A DNA stretch of 61,953 nt, filler included, from 12 parts of 12 records of this genome joined end to end with filler, not necessarily neighbours in it; one strand, 5' to 3'; numbered from the whole stretch's first letter, positions 36,901-49,737 are shown. The notes: a model not told the origin generated them from the sequence alone. Made by a program: numbers and translations.

Positions 36901-37368
36901 CAGGGGGGTGCACCTGCGGATCCAGCCGGCCCCTTGCGGTCCAGCTCGATCAGTGGCCCCTTGGGTCAAGCACAGCTCCACCAGCGGGCGCCCCGCGCTA
37001 GTCGGAGTGGGTGGGATCCAGCCGCCCACCGAGATGGCTGTGGCCTTATGGCCTGGCCCCACACTCAATGTGCTCCTGGCGTGAAGGGCACTGCTGTTGG
37101 TGCGTGGCTTTTTAGCTGGCGGAGCCGCGAGCACCATGCTCTGCGCCACGTCGGTAAAGGGGTCGTGGGCGGCCGGGTCGTCGGTGCCATGGTACACAGC
37201 GTCCCAAAGCGCCTGTAGCTCCTCGTACGATCGAGTCCGGCTCATCACCGCCGCCGGCTCAACTGGCTCCGGCGGCGAAGCTAGTGGCGGGGGTTCGCCC
37301 TCGGCGGTCTGGGCTGTCGTCTCAGTCTCCTGCTCGGTCTTGCCTCTTCTCCGGGTACTCGGCGGCAT
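33989..37368 (-). CDS. Multi-exon protein with putative Ig-fold domain, IPT/TIG-like domain and C-terminal ankyrin repeats
   Basis: Ankyrin HTPVHFAAAGG, RTPLHLAASTG and LTPIHYA. IPT-like PGTLCVCVGENI...LFVTRIPLDAQPGQYQLT. Exons from 37368 to ~35840 splice in frame; the middle part was not fully traced. Confidence 0.55.
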
Positions 37369-37685
37369 CTGGCTACGTCTGTCCAGGTATCCTAGATCTA
37401 CCGGTACCTCCTCTTGGAACCGGCAACGGAATCGGGGCATCTCTCTTTTTTTTTACGAAAACATTAGTTTAATTTCAAAGACTAAACTAGTAAGCACGGA
37501 CTAAAGAAACGGCTTATTTCCGGTATCCCCCTATCTATCTATCTATCTTGTTGGGTTTCGGAGTGGCGAGTTTAAGCGATTAGTTNNNNNNNNNNNNNNN
37601 NNNNNNNNNNNNNNNNNNNNNNNNNNNNNTTAATTAATTAANNNNNNNNNNNNNNNNNNNNNNNNNNNNNNNNNNNNNNNNNNNN

Positions 37686-38454
37686 GAGAGCCTGCAGCAG
37701 TGGTGCGAGACTACGGCCGGCGCGGCCGCAGCCAGGGCCGAGGAGCTGGAAAGACACAACGCCGAGCTGGCGCGACAGCTCGAAGTGAGCCGGGCAGAGC
37801 ACGAGCGGGCACAGCAGTGGTGCGCCGAAGCGGCCGGGAAGGCGCAGCTGGACGCGGAGGAGATTAAGCAGGAGAACATAGCGCTCAGGAAACGAAACGC
37901 CCAGCTCCAGCAGGAGAACGCTCAGCTGAATTCTGAGGCGGCCGCCAGGAAGTGGCCGAACGCCTCGTCGATTAGCCCAAAGAGTGGCAGCCCGAAGACC
38001 AGCCCGCCGGAGTGGAAGAGGGTGAAGACGGACTGGCCGGGCGGCGAGGGAGAGATCAATATGCGGCTGGAGAAGGCTCGGCTAGAGCTGGAGAAGAACG
38101 ATTTGCAGCACGATCTGCAGCAGGCCCAAGCCCAGGCCGAGCGGCAGCAGCAGCTCCGGTTGGCGGATCGGTCCGAGGCGGTGGAGGCGGCGGCAATGGC
38201 TCGATCGGAGGTGGAGGGGCTGCAGCTCGAGAACTTGGACTTGTGCCGGCGGCTGGAGGAGGCCGAGGTGAGAGCGTGGCCGGCGGTTGCTGACGGGTGG
38301 GCAGTTGCTGATTGCTGAGCTGGGAGGGCTAGCCTCTCAGCTGGAGGAGGCGCAAGAGGTACTGGAGACGGCGCACGAGCCGGCCGAGCCAACGGCAAGC
38401 GAGCCTGAGTACTCCGTCAAGTTTTCTGATGAGCTAATAGAGCCTGGCTACTAG
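37686..38454 (+). CDS. Coiled-coil protein, 3' fragment
   Basis: Heptad-rich E/Q/A/L frame from the contig edge, with a short intron near 38267. Confidence 0.55.
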
Positions 38455-38635
38455 ATGAGGCCGATTGATGCTACGGGAGCTGGAGGCGGGTCTGTGGTGC
38501 TTAGACGTCGCAGTCTTTGCAATCTAGAGCTAATGATTCTCGAGATAAATTAAATTGTTAATCCGGATATCCATTGCTTTCAAGCACTTGGCGTAAGAAT
38601 TGTGCAAGTGTGAATCAATCGTACGCAGTAAAGTT

Positions 38636-39172
38636 CTAATGGACACTTCTACGCGTGCAATAGTACGTACTTGCGATGGTTAAGTACATGTATACATTTA
38701 CTTGAGTACAAACCCATGCTATTATTAAATGCTTTATAGTCGGAGACTGCCAGCGCTGCCGTAGCTCCTTAGCCAACCAACGCGGCCCCCTCCCGGTGGC
38801 CCCAGGCCCATCCAGCGCCACTGCTCAGGCGTGGAGCAACGCCAGTGCCACAGGGCCTGGGGTTCAGGGCTTACCCTGTCCAGGACCGTCTGCCGTGAGG
38901 GCTTGGTTCTGCTGGACCTCATGCGGCTGACGCCCCGGCTCGGCCCGGCCCGGCTGCTGGCGCACCTGCATGCCCCACTCGGGATTGCTGAAGTTGGTGT
39001 TCCGCCGGAGAGCATCGATTGAGTTTGGGCCGTTAGCAGAATTTGCTCTCTTCAGGTCCTCGTCTATATCTATGGTGCCGTCGCTCACGTCGTTGTCGTT
39101 AGAGTTGCTGCACGCCTCAGCTCAGCCCGGCCCGGCCGCTGGCGCTCACCAGCAGCCCAATTTACTGCCCAT
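38636..39172 (-). CDS. Small hypothetical protein with N-terminal MGSKLGCC acylation-like motif
   Basis: ATG at 39172 and short introns. 3' end uncertain. Confidence 0.35.
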
Positions 39173-39292
39173 GGTGCCGAAGACCACCCCAAAGACGTGT
39201 GGCGGTGACCCCAGCGCCCAACAACGGCCTCAGTAACGGACGGCATCCAAAATGCGGAGAAGTTGTGTGAGGGACTAATGTGAAGCGCCAAG

Positions 39293-41184
39293 ATGCCCCT
39301 GGCCTCCGAACTGCAAGCGGCGCAGCAGCTCATCGCCCAGTGCGAGCAGGTCAAAAGCCAGGCCGAGCTCGCCGCCCTCAAGGTCCGCCCCCCCGCTTGC
39401 CCCAAGCATCGGGTCGCAGGCCGGAGTCTCCCTCTCACCGGAGCGGCGGTCCCCGGCCCCCGGGCTAGACTTGGCCCAGGCGGAGGCCGCGGTCGCCCGG
39501 AGCATCGAGCTCATCGAACACCGCGTCCGCCAGGTGGCCGGCCTAGCCCCCCACTCGGGTTTATGGGGTATGGTGGCGCCCTCGCGGGTGTGGGGTGCTC
39601 GACTTGGTAATCTGGTCGCCGTGCACGAGACGGCCCAGTAGTGTCCCCACGCCACCCTTGGGTCGGCTGGAACCCACCGGGGGGGGGGCAGGTGTCTGGG
39701 CACCCCAAGAAATGGAGTAGAGAGCGACAGCCGGCTGAGGCCGCGCGCAACTATAGCCTCTCTCAGTAGGCCCGGCGCCCGGGCAATCTCACAGCGTGCC
39801 TAGGTCCGGGTCGCCGGGCCTGGCGGTGGCCGATTTGGCTCTCTCCGCCAGCCCGGCCCGCCGTCGCGGCCGGCAGCCGGAGATGCTAGTACGGGCGATG
39901 CACACGTGTGAGCGGCGGATGCGCGTGCTGCATAGCCACTTCCCGACCACCGTGCTGCTCGAGAGAGCGGTCCAGACAGAGCCGCCAGTCCAGGATGTCT
40001 CGATACAGGTGGCCAGGCCCTGACGGGTCTGAGCTAACCGTGGCCAACAGGTGGGAGCTTCCAGCGACGCCAGATACGCTGAGGCCGCAAACCAGGCAGC
40101 CGATATGTGTGCGTGGCATGAGCCCGGTGGCAGACGCCCATGCTGCTCCGGGGCACCAAGGTCGGCCCGAGCGTGGCGAATGAGATTGTACCTCCAGACG
40201 ACAGGCGGAGGATCGGCGGTGCAGGCGGCCAGCCCGGCCGACAGACTGCTGAGCGGCCCGGCAGAGCTCGATGCGCTGCTCCGGTCGTGCTTTGGTGCCG
40301 GGAAAGATAAGCTTGGGGCGTTCGAGGTCGGGTCCGCGGTCATAGCGACCCTAAAGCTGCCTGAAACCACATGCTGGCCAGCAGCGAGGGTGCGATGATT
40401 CAATCCCAGCCGGGTGCGCTCACTGCATGGCAGATCAAGGCGGTTGCGGCCGCCAGGGCCCGGCAGCACCTCCGGAAACGCACCTCTTACGCCGAATGGC
40501 TCTGGCTGCTTGCTGGCCGCCCGTTTTGCAGCCTGCTTCCGGTCTCCCAGCCGGCAGCTACCCTCAGCCAAATGGCTAGCAACGCGTCGCAGCTCGAGCC
40601 GCGGTGCGCCTCGCCCCGCCGGCCGCTCAGTTGCGGGCAGGTTGGAGCCCAGGAAGCCTCAGCCGCCCCCGGCGGTGCGCGCCGACCCACTCAAGCTCGG
40701 GCTGCTCGACTTGGATTCCTCCGACTCGCCCAGCGGGCATTTGACAGCCCGGCTGGAGGCAATGGCTGGTGGGACGGTCCCTCCGATCCTGGCCTCCCAG
40801 CTCTGGAGCACAGGCGAGCCTGCCAGCCGGCCGGGATGAGTGTGGTCAGATTTGATGCGGAGCTCCCCCCGCCCCGAGTCTCGAGCCCCAACCTCCCCCG
40901 GCTCACCGGCCGGGCCCCAGCAAGCCGTGCAGTCGGAGCTTGGCCAGGCAGTCGTCGAGCCGCCGGCGCAGATCCCGTCGGTTGTCGAGCTGAGGCCGGT
41001 GGAGCAGCCATTGGACGACAAACGTGCCGAGCTGGAGCGAGTGGTGGCCGCACAACGGGCCGAGATGGCCGCACTCCGGGATCGGATTAGGCCCGTCGGT
41101 CCGTCACGGGCTGAGCGGATTAAGCGTGAACTGGCCGCGCAGGCAGAGGAGATTGCAAGGCTTCAGGCGCAATTGCCCCAGTGA
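39293..41184 (+). CDS. Hypothetical multi-exon protein with coiled-coil termini
   Basis: Coiled-coil-like N-terminal (ELQAAQQLIAQ) and C-terminal (ELERVVAAQRAEM) exons with several short intron-like interruptions. Confidence 0.4.
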
Positions 41185-41596
41185 GTTAACAGTGAGTAGT
41201 GGACCGAGCGCTGTGAGCTTCAATGTCAGATTAATTAAGTACGGAAAGAGAGAGATGTACGTGTACACGCTTTTGGATGAAGTATTCAGTAAACATTAGA
41301 TTAGGACTTCCATCTTTTAACACATCATATACAAGCCATTTACTGGCGCGGTTAGATAGACTACTGTTAAGAGGTAGTAGTTAGCTATGGTGGGTTGAGA
41401 TTTGAGAAGGCGAGTTGAGGGGGGTAGAGATGGATTTTNNNNNNNNNNNNNNNNNNNNNNNNNNNNNNNNNNNNNNNNNNNNTTAATTAATTAANNNNNN
41501 NNNNNNNNNNNNNNNNNNNNNNNNNNNNNNNNNNNNNNGAAAAGTGTCAAGCGGCTGAGCGAGGAGGCGTTCGTCCTCTGCCCACGAGCTAAGTAA

Positions 41597-42352
41597 TTAT
41601 AAGCTCTCGATGGCGTGATTCCGATTATTCCGGCTCGCTGCAGGCCGCCGCTTGGGTGTCGGCAACAGCGTTGCATTGCGCAGCATGTTCCGTACCGCAT
41701 TCTTCAGCTGAAGAGAGCGACTACGGAACATGTTCCGCAGCATGTTCCGCACCGCATTCTTCAGCTTGGAGCGACTGCTCGCCGCCTTGGACAGCGCTAG
41801 CAGCACTATCCCCCTCAACTTATCGTGCCGGGCGCAGCAGCCCATCCCAGACGCCCCGCACAGCGCCTGTCTGCTCCTAGCCGTCGGCTCCGGCCTCCTC
41901 TCGTTCACCTGCACGTGCCACTGCCCGTCCGTCTCATAGTAAGACTCATAAAACCCGGAGCCGGACCGAGCCCTGGCCGCCGCTGCCGCCCGGACCGCCT
42001 CGATCCAGTGCCGGCACTGTGAGGCGTTGGGGTGGCACACGGGCCGCGCGTGATCATAGAGCGCCGAGCTCGGGGACAGGCTGTGTGAGCGGGCCGGGCT
42101 GCGCGATCGCCGCTCCATTTCGTCCGACGGCACCTCTTCCCACACAGCCGCCGCAGCCGTTGCCAGCGCTGCGTCCCGGCTGGCTTCGGCCTGGCGCCAA
42201 CCTCGCCGAGTTTGGGCTGAAGGCCTGAAGCCAACCCAACCGGCGTCTATTGGCCGCGCCAAGCGCGCTTGGTAGCTGGCCAGTCCGGGGGAAGCTCCGG
42301 CAGGCATGGACTTGATCCCGTCCATGCTTGCAGCAATCGGCTCCGTCGCCAT
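41597..42352 (-). CDS. Hypothetical protein with duplicated LKNAVRNMLR motif
   Basis: Open frame from ATG 42352, divergent from the adjacent protease gene. Confidence 0.35.
   Translation of the reverse strand: MATEPIAASMDGIKSMPAGASPGLASYQARLARPIDAGWVGFRPSAQTRRGWRQAEASRDAALATAAAAVWEEVPSDEMERRSRSPARSHSLSPSSALYDHARPVCHPNASQCRHWIEAVRAAAAARARSGSGFYESYYETDGQWHVQVNERRPEPTARSRQALCGASGMGCCARHDKLRGIVLLALSKAASSRSKLKNAVRNMLRNMFRSRSLQLKNAVRNMLRNATLLPTPKRRPAASRNNRNHAIESL
41679..41766. repeat. 31-bp direct repeat pair
   Basis: CGCAGCATGTTCCG(T/C)ACCGCATTCTTCAGCT at 41679-41709 and 41736-41766. Confidence 0.85.
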
Positions 42353-42503
42353 GGATGTGTCCCTGCACAGATAAATGGTCTGCGCCGTGGTCTGCGCATC
42401 TCTATGCTGTGTGCAGTCGGTTAGGATTCTGTGAGGTCCGAATGAATTGGAATAAAAATGCTCGAAAGATTGAGCGTGCACGCTGTCTCGGTGCTGAGTC
42501 GAC

Positions 42504-44697
42504 ATGAGGGCTCTTCTACTCTGTGCTGCAGCAGCAGCCGCGCTCGCCAGCAGCGCGGACTCGTGGCACGAGAGCACCGCCATTGAGCCCCTCGGGGACG
42601 AGCTAGGGGGCAACTCCGCGACCGAGGTGCCTCAACCCCCGTGCGGCCCGCTATCCCTGGCCTGCCTGCACTTTGGGGCTGATCGTGCCGTCGCAGATAC
42701 CTCACGACTCCAAGCGCGCCGCCTGGCTCCACAAGAAGCTGGACGAAGTGCGCTCCAAGTGCAAGACACCGCTTGAAAAGATCAGCAACTTCACGGTGAG
42801 ATCCGCCTCCTCCGGGCTGCAGCTCTCTCGTCCGGCCGCCAATCGACCCTAGTTGGCACCGGGCGCCGGCCGCTGATACGAGGCCGTCTGTCGGCAGGTG
42901 GGCAGGACCACCAAGCAAACTGTCGAGGGCACCGAATACCGCGCCACAGTGAGCGCAGGTGCATCCCCCAGCTATCGGCCCGATCTGACGACACGTCTGT
43001 GGATCGCAGACGGTGTCGACAGGAACATCACATTCGTCCGTTCGCTTCCGAACGAGCAGCAGATCCACCACTTCACCAAGGGCAAGGGGGCGGGCGACGT
43101 CAAGGACCTTTTTCACCTCAAGGCTATCCATCCACACCCATGCGGTGCCGACACAGCAGTCCTATCAGAGGAGAGCGAGGAAACAGACGCCGAGCTCGCC
43201 GCCAAGTATAAGACCGGGCTGGTCATGCCGGAGCGGCTGGAGTATGCCGACGTGACCGTGAGTGCGGAGGAGCTCGCAAGACTGCCAACCGACTTTGACT
43301 GGCGCGACGAGATCCAGAGGCGGTACGGGGAGGCGGCTAAGGCTGCGACGGCGCTCAATCAGGGCTCGTGCGGCTCGTGCTGGGCGTTCGGGGCTGCCAC
43401 TGCGGCTGGCTACAGATCGGTGATTGAGTCGGAGGGGCACTACAATGTGGTGCCTTCGACTCAGGTGGGTATGAGCTGCGCCAAGCCTCCGCCAGGCAAT
43501 CCATGCGGCGGCGGGTGGTTTAATAACTTCTACGACGCCATGAAGGACCACGATGTCCCTGCCAACTGGGCTGTACCCTACACTCAGGAGGGCGGCGATT
43601 GCGTTGTGTCCTCTGACTCGATTCCCATCAAGGGTGGCACATCGCCGAGTATTAGAGGCGTGGACGCTATGATGGTCGAACTACACAATAACGGACCCTT
43701 CGGCTTAGCGATTGATGCGAACCAGTGCTTTCAGCGCTACAGAAGTGGTGTTGCTGATTGCACAGGCGGCCGCGTCACACATGCCGTAGTGGCAGTGGGC
43801 TTTGGCACCGAAAATGGCAAACCCTACTGGCTAGTCCAAAACTCGTGGGGTGCTGGCTGGGGCGACAATGGTTTTATCAAGGTCGCTCGAGGGAACAATG
43901 CCCTGAATATGGAGCATGCCGGAGCTCAACCAAACTACATCTCCGAAGAGAGCATGGCCTGCCGGAACCAGCCAGCCTGCAAGAATGGTGAGCCGCCCTT
44001 CCCCAGGCCGCGGTGCTGGTAGCTGACAGGCGGCTGTCTGTCGACAGGCGGTGCCTTCAAGAAGGACTGCTCCTGCAACTGCCGCTCGGGTTATTCTGGT
44101 CCGACGTGCGATTCTTGCGAGAAGAGCTGCAGTGGCAACCAGTTCACAGGCCAAGCCGCAATCACTGCCGGGAAATGTGCATGCAAGTGCAAGGCTGGGT
44201 ACATCAGTCCGGCCAACCTGCTTGGGTACTCGGATTGTGCGCTGCAGATGCAAGTAGGCAGCTCCTCCTCTTCTATGGTGAGTGTGGCCCGCAACGCCCA
44301 AGTGAGCGTGGCCTACTCTGTTGTGGGCAGTGCCCCTTCTGATCCGATCCAGAACGTTAAGAAAGGCGACATGCTTGTGGCTGTCGCAGCTGGAACCGCA
44401 CCGTGGACTGCCGAGGGCGGGTGGACAACTGACATCAAGGCCGACGTGTGTGGGCCCAAGGCTTGGCCGGCTGAGGTATGTGCCTCCAGCACACCCAAGC
44501 TAACATTCAGCAACGACGGCGTGTATGAGGTCTTCTTCGTCAAGTACCTGGGCAAGTCCGAGTTTGGAACAGACAAGGGATACGGCAGCGACTTCATGGC
44601 TCTACCCCAGCGAATCTGTGTGGGGAGCGCCGACTGCGATGCTGGATCCGGATCGGGCTCTGGATCCGGCTCGGGCTCTGGATCTGGCTCGGGCTCT
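42504..44697 (+). CDS. Secreted papain-family (C1A) cysteine protease with EGF-like and C-terminal extension (3' truncated)
   Basis: Signal peptide MRALLLCAAAAALASS, LPTDFDWR, NQGSCGSCWAF, THAVVAVGFG and YWLVQNSWG. Cys-rich EGF-like segment, then a (GS)n linker at the contig end. Confidence 0.88.
44644..44697 (+). repeat. Gly-Ser coding tandem repeat
   Basis: GGNTCN hexamer array at the contig end; probable cause of the assembly break. Confidence 0.8.
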
Positions 44698-47008
44698 NNN
44701 NNNNNNNNNNNNNNNNNNNNNNNNNNNNNNNNNNNNNNNNNTTAATTAATTAANNNNNNNNNNNNNNNNNNNNNNNNNNNNNNNNNNNNNNNNNNNNACT
44801 GGGCTGCAAACCTCAGCGAGGAAAATCATCCGGCTATTGTGCTGTTTTCCGGCGTTTCGCTCAAGGTGACGGCATATGGGGTTCCGAGCTCGTGGGCGCC
44901 ACTGTGCTACGTGGCCCGGGGTCTTTTAAAAGAGTCAGATCTCCTGGCTCTACTGTAGTTTGACGAAGCTCCTCTTCGCCGAATACGCAGACGCGTACAG
45001 GCAAGCAGCAGCCGGCAGACACACCCTAACTGATTCGTGCACACAGGGACAAGCCACTAGAGCCATACCGCCAGAACGCGCTGCGGAGTATTCCAGCTAG
45101 GGAGTTTGCCGGCGAGCGCAACTTTAAAAAGATTCCCAACTACAGGAATCAATCACAAATCTCGTGAGTTGGCTGTTTAATTAATGGTTCCAAGTTAGGG
45201 AGCAGGTTTCACGGCATGGACGGCCACTCATTCGTTGACAACACAAAGCTGCGGTATTCTACAATAACTGGCCTCGCTCATGACTGTGAAGCGGTCACAA
45301 AATTTGTTACGGATAATCCATGCATCACATCGGGGTTGTCGTCAAAGATGCATAAAAAGGTATTCAAGTGATCAAGCCCGTAACAAAACTATCGGAACAA
45401 ATTGCAACATCAAGATGATAATTATCATAGTACGAGTAAGTAAAACCATACTCTAGTATTCATTATTGATTGACATCAATTGAACTTGTTGAACTCCATT
45501 ATTACATTATGGATTGACACAGGATGGACAATCGGTCAAACTCTATTGTAGTCACACTTGCGATTACAAGCGTACACTAACGTACACTCGCACTTTCCGC
45601 CAGACTGCGTTAGGCATGGCACTGGCGACGACAATCAGTTGTCTGGTAATAGCATTAATCAAGTATTCTCGCTGTCTTGGCCGTGCTGAGTGTAGGCCAA
45701 ACGCCAGTGCAACGTGTAAATCTTTCATCCTGCACGTGCCCAAGATATGTTTGCGGGTGTAGCTGCTTTGCTGATGCCGCATCCTGCCGCACATTCAGCT
45801 CTTGTGAGGCGGAAAGCAGCAGATCTCGGGAGGCTGAGGGCAGTTGTTAAAGGCGTCAGCAACTTGAGCTGATTACATGTCGGCTACGGTACGGCCAGAG
45901 CCCCCCGACAGCCAGGAGGGTCTTAAGCTCCATTCAAGAACACGGACCAAGTACAAAATCATCACACGCCATAAGCAAGCAAGTGCTGGGTGGGCTCACC
46001 AGCAGCAATTGATTCAGTTCAGCTTGAGAGAGCGGCGGCCCATCGAGCCTGGCCACCTGGCACAACCATCGCTTTGAGAAATCAGAAGCGATGGATCGAG
46101 CTTGGCGGGCTCTGGGCAAGACTCATTCTCAATCACGTTTCAGGCTGCGGTGCGAGCGCAGATCAATTCTAGTGCAGATATGGTTCGATCCTCGTCTAGG
46201 TGCACAGCCGGGCTCTTTGAGTGCGGTACACACCTCGCAGCCGCGTCCCGGCGTTGTGCTCGGGTAGCTGTCGGTCGATCCACCTGGAGCCGGTCAGTGT
46301 GGTACGATGGCACAACTCTCAGGCACACAGTCAGCGATAGAGGCTGTAAAATCGTTCGGCCCGTCCTAAAGGCTGCAGCTTGGCTGCACTTTTCTCTATG
46401 CGTTTTGATAATGCGGCCAGCCGGGAGGAGCCGACAGGCCACAGGGTAAAACGCACACTCGGACTGGGCGGGTGTGGGGGGGGCACCTAGCCCATCATTT
46501 GCGTGTCATTCGGCTGCTGGAGGACGATAAGTCGCGGCGACGCCACAGGGCGCGTTCACACCGACGTCGCAGCACACCTGCGACACGAACTTGGGTGAGC
46601 CCGCGGCTGTGACTGACGATCGACGCGGCCGGACGGCTACGACTGGCCTCAGCCCTATCGATCAGGGCACACGTGGCGAGCGCAATCGCAGCTAGCTCAG
46701 CCGCCACCGACCCGAGGCATTTCGGCCGCGGATCGTTGGAGGCAAGCCCGCTGCAGCCGCGCTCACGGATTCACGGCCTGGGTGTGAAGCCAGGCGCTGC
46801 ATATTTCATAATCACAGGCCAACCGGGGCACAAGCGCGCGCGGGCACGGACACACCTGCGTCGCAGCTGCTTGCCGGCCCGTTCATCGTCGCTGGCACCG
46901 CGCGCCGCCATAGGTACTGACGCCTCGAGCGCTGGCAAAGGCTGGCAAAGCACTCCGCCTCGACGCTCGAGCTTCCGTTATTCCCCGGGACCGTATTTGA
47001 ACGGGCCG

Positions 47009-48351
47009 ATGGCGGCAGCTTCATTGGGCTCTCGGGCTGGACGGTCGCTCCTCGGGCTGGGCGGTCGCTCGGTGCTCGGGGTCCGGGCCTTCTCGATCGC
47101 TCCGCACGTCCACCAGCCGAACGGGACCAGCCAGGAGTTCGCCCGCCCGGCGCCGGAGGAGGCGGCGAGCCGGGGCGAGGTAGTTGTGGTCACCTCCGGG
47201 AAAGGTGAGCCCGAGCCCGGCTGTACCCACACCAGGCTTTGCAGGCGGCGTCGGGAAGACCACCACAGCGGCAAGCTTCGGTTTCGGTCTGGCTGAACAA
47301 GGATACAAGACTTGCTTAATAGACTTCGACATAGGTGGGCACCGGGCCCGCGGGCGTGACTCGGGGGCAGGGCTGCGGAATCTGGACATTCATCTGGGGA
47401 TGGAGCGGCGGGTGGTGTACGACTTCGTCAACTGCATCCTCGAGGAGTGTCGGATCGACCAGGTCTAACGGCCCATCCGACCGGCCAGCGGCTGCAGGCG
47501 CTCATCAAAGACCGGCGCCAGTCCAACCTGCATCTGCTCGCGGCCTCTCAGGTGGGATGCGGGATTGGCCGGTGTGGAGCCGCTGGCAGACTCGGGACAA
47601 GTCGGTGCTCTCAGAGGAGGGCGTCCAGCGGGTGCTCGACCAGCTCACCGCTTCGTTCGATTACGTGGTCTGTGACTCTCCGGCCGGTGCCCCGGCTCGG
47701 CGCTCCGGGCTGTATGTGCGGAGGCAGGCATCGAGCACGGGGCGATGCATGCCATGTACTTTGCCGATTCGGCGCTGATCTGCACCAATCCTGAGCTCTC
47801 CTCGGTGGGCGGGCTCAGCCGGCGGCTCAGCGAGGAGCAGGTGCGCGACTCGGACCGAATGATCGGGATCATACAGAGCAAATCGCGCCGGGCCGTCACG
47901 GTAGCCGCTCCCCGTCCGGCGGGTTGAGGGCGGCGCAGGGTGCTGCTCCAGTCAGACAGATGATGGTCATCACTAGATATCAGGTGCCTGCCAGCTCTCC
48001 AGCTCCCGACCTCTGACAGCCCGACCGCGTTGCCAATGACAATATGATCTCGGTCAATGATATCGAGGAGATGTTGGGAGTGGATGTATCTGGTGCAACT
48101 GCCCGCTGAACAATCGCTGACCACTGCAGGTGTGATTCCTGAGAGCGAAGGAGTGCTGAATCACAGCAACATGGGCCAGCCAGTGGTGCTCGGAGAGTGC
48201 GCGGCGGCTGACTGCTACCGCGACCTGGTCCAGCGGTAAGCCAGCCGGCAAGCCCAGCCCGAGCAGCGGTCGCAGGTTCCTCGGGAACGAGCAGGAGTTC
48301 CGGCATCTGGAGCCGGCGCCCAAGGGCTTCTTTGGCCGGTTCTTCAAGTGA
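47009..48351 (+). CDS. minD: Nucleus-encoded MinD of proteobacterial (mitochondrial) type, 10 introns
   Basis: TSGKGGVGKTT, DFDIGLRNLD, ERRVVYDFVN, ASQTRDK, DSPAGIE, NPELSSVRDSDR, GVIPES and amphipathic C-terminus KGFFGRFFK. Arg/Ser/Leu-rich N-terminal extension. Introns of 35-41 nt. Confidence 0.95.
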
Positions 48352-48573
48352 GCTGGTCCATGTACGTCTGGTTTCGCTGCGTCACTCACACTCTCAACAC
48401 AAGTACTTGTTTCAGTTGTTTGACAATTCTTGAAGCTTTTAGCGCGACATCGAATGGTGCAATTGTTTAATTTCAATATATCAATGTTTTTTATGTACAC
48501 TGTAGTTCGCCCTGCTCGTAGTAGAGGACCAAACATGTTTAGCAAGCTTGTACACATTCCGCACGCTCGTCAA

Positions 48574-49737
48574 CTACATTGACGGCCGATATCTCTTGGC
48601 AATCACATCATTGTGAGCAGAGAAGCCCGTTCCTCCCGTCCTCAGCTCTATAACATCGCTATCCGTGAAGCTCTTTCCTGTGACTGGACACTTCATTTCT
48701 GGCTTGGCGAGCTCGTCAAAGCACTTTTTCAACATAACCTGGCCAGAGCTGCCCAAGCACATGTGACGGTCAGACAGCACGAATAGCGAGACCTTCTAAT
48801 CAACACAACTTTTTGGTGCTTCAGTTCTTTCTTGGAGACCGCACACAAGAATTCGGCCTGTCACCCGGCGTCAGGCGCTGGCCAGCCCGAGGCTCACCTC
48901 GCCAGAGTCGTTCTCTAACTTGAGTATATCTAACGGAATCAGATCCTTGAGTTTGAGCGGCTCTCCTGACATTGGGCTCCGGGGTCGCTTCTCGGGCTGC
49001 GCACACTCAACACCCGAGCCGGCCAGCGCCCGGCACCTTCTGGATGGCGGTCGAGACGTTGTCCGGAGTCGAGTCGGGCACCCAGAAGGTCGAATTGAGG
49101 AACTTTTTCCTCTTCTCCGTCAGCTCGCCAGACACGCCGTCGCGCTTGCCTCCGATCATCTGCTTGAGCAGCTCCTTCCCGTCCCCCGCCACCCGCTGCG
49201 CCGACCTGTCTGTAATGCTCTCCTGCGCACACACTTGGGCCGGCCGCCTGCACTCAGCCTCACCTGGCAGTCGATGAAGTCCTGCAGGCTGTTCTCGCGC
49301 GCGGTCTCGGCCTCCACCGTTTTATCGGCAGCTAACTTGGCCTGCTGCGCATCGTACAGCTTGGTCTGGCGCTGGATGTCCTTTTTCTTGGCGAGCAGGT
49401 ACTGGGCCCAGGGGGTGAGCCGGGGCCCAGGGCAGGCCGGGCACCTCCATGATGTACTCGCGGCTGTACATGTGCCCCGACGGCCTGAGCCAACCACTCA
49501 GCGCGCACCACGGGCCGCTGCTCACGTCGCCATCGGGTCCACGCACTGCTGCAGAGAGAGCGAGCAGTATCCGAAAGGCATGTGCGCGTCGCTGCCCAGC
49601 CGCTGCTCGAGGGTGCCTTGCCAGCCATCGTGCCACGAGCCAAACTGCGATCCGTACCCACCCTCTCTGGCGTACTGGAACTCCCGCCGGTGGAACTTTG
49701 AGCTCGAATTGGCGTTCTTGGAGTGCTTCTGCGGCAT
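48574..49737 (-). CDS. NOSIP: Nitric oxide synthase-interacting protein (U-box/RING-like)
   Basis: MPQKHSKN, QRLGSD..PFGYCSLSL, PSGHMYSREYIMEYLL, FWVP, LKLKDLIP, CPVTGK and LRTGGTGFSAH. Confidence 0.9.

Noticed and set aside
45800-45875. SRP RNA-like snippets (CTCGGGAGGCTGAGG; GGAAAGCAGCAG)
   Set aside because: The matches are short and in the wrong order for SRP RNA, with no supporting structure seen.
47009-48351. MinD as bacterial contamination or plastid MinD
   Set aside because: Ten host-type introns and proteobacterial-type motifs argue against both.
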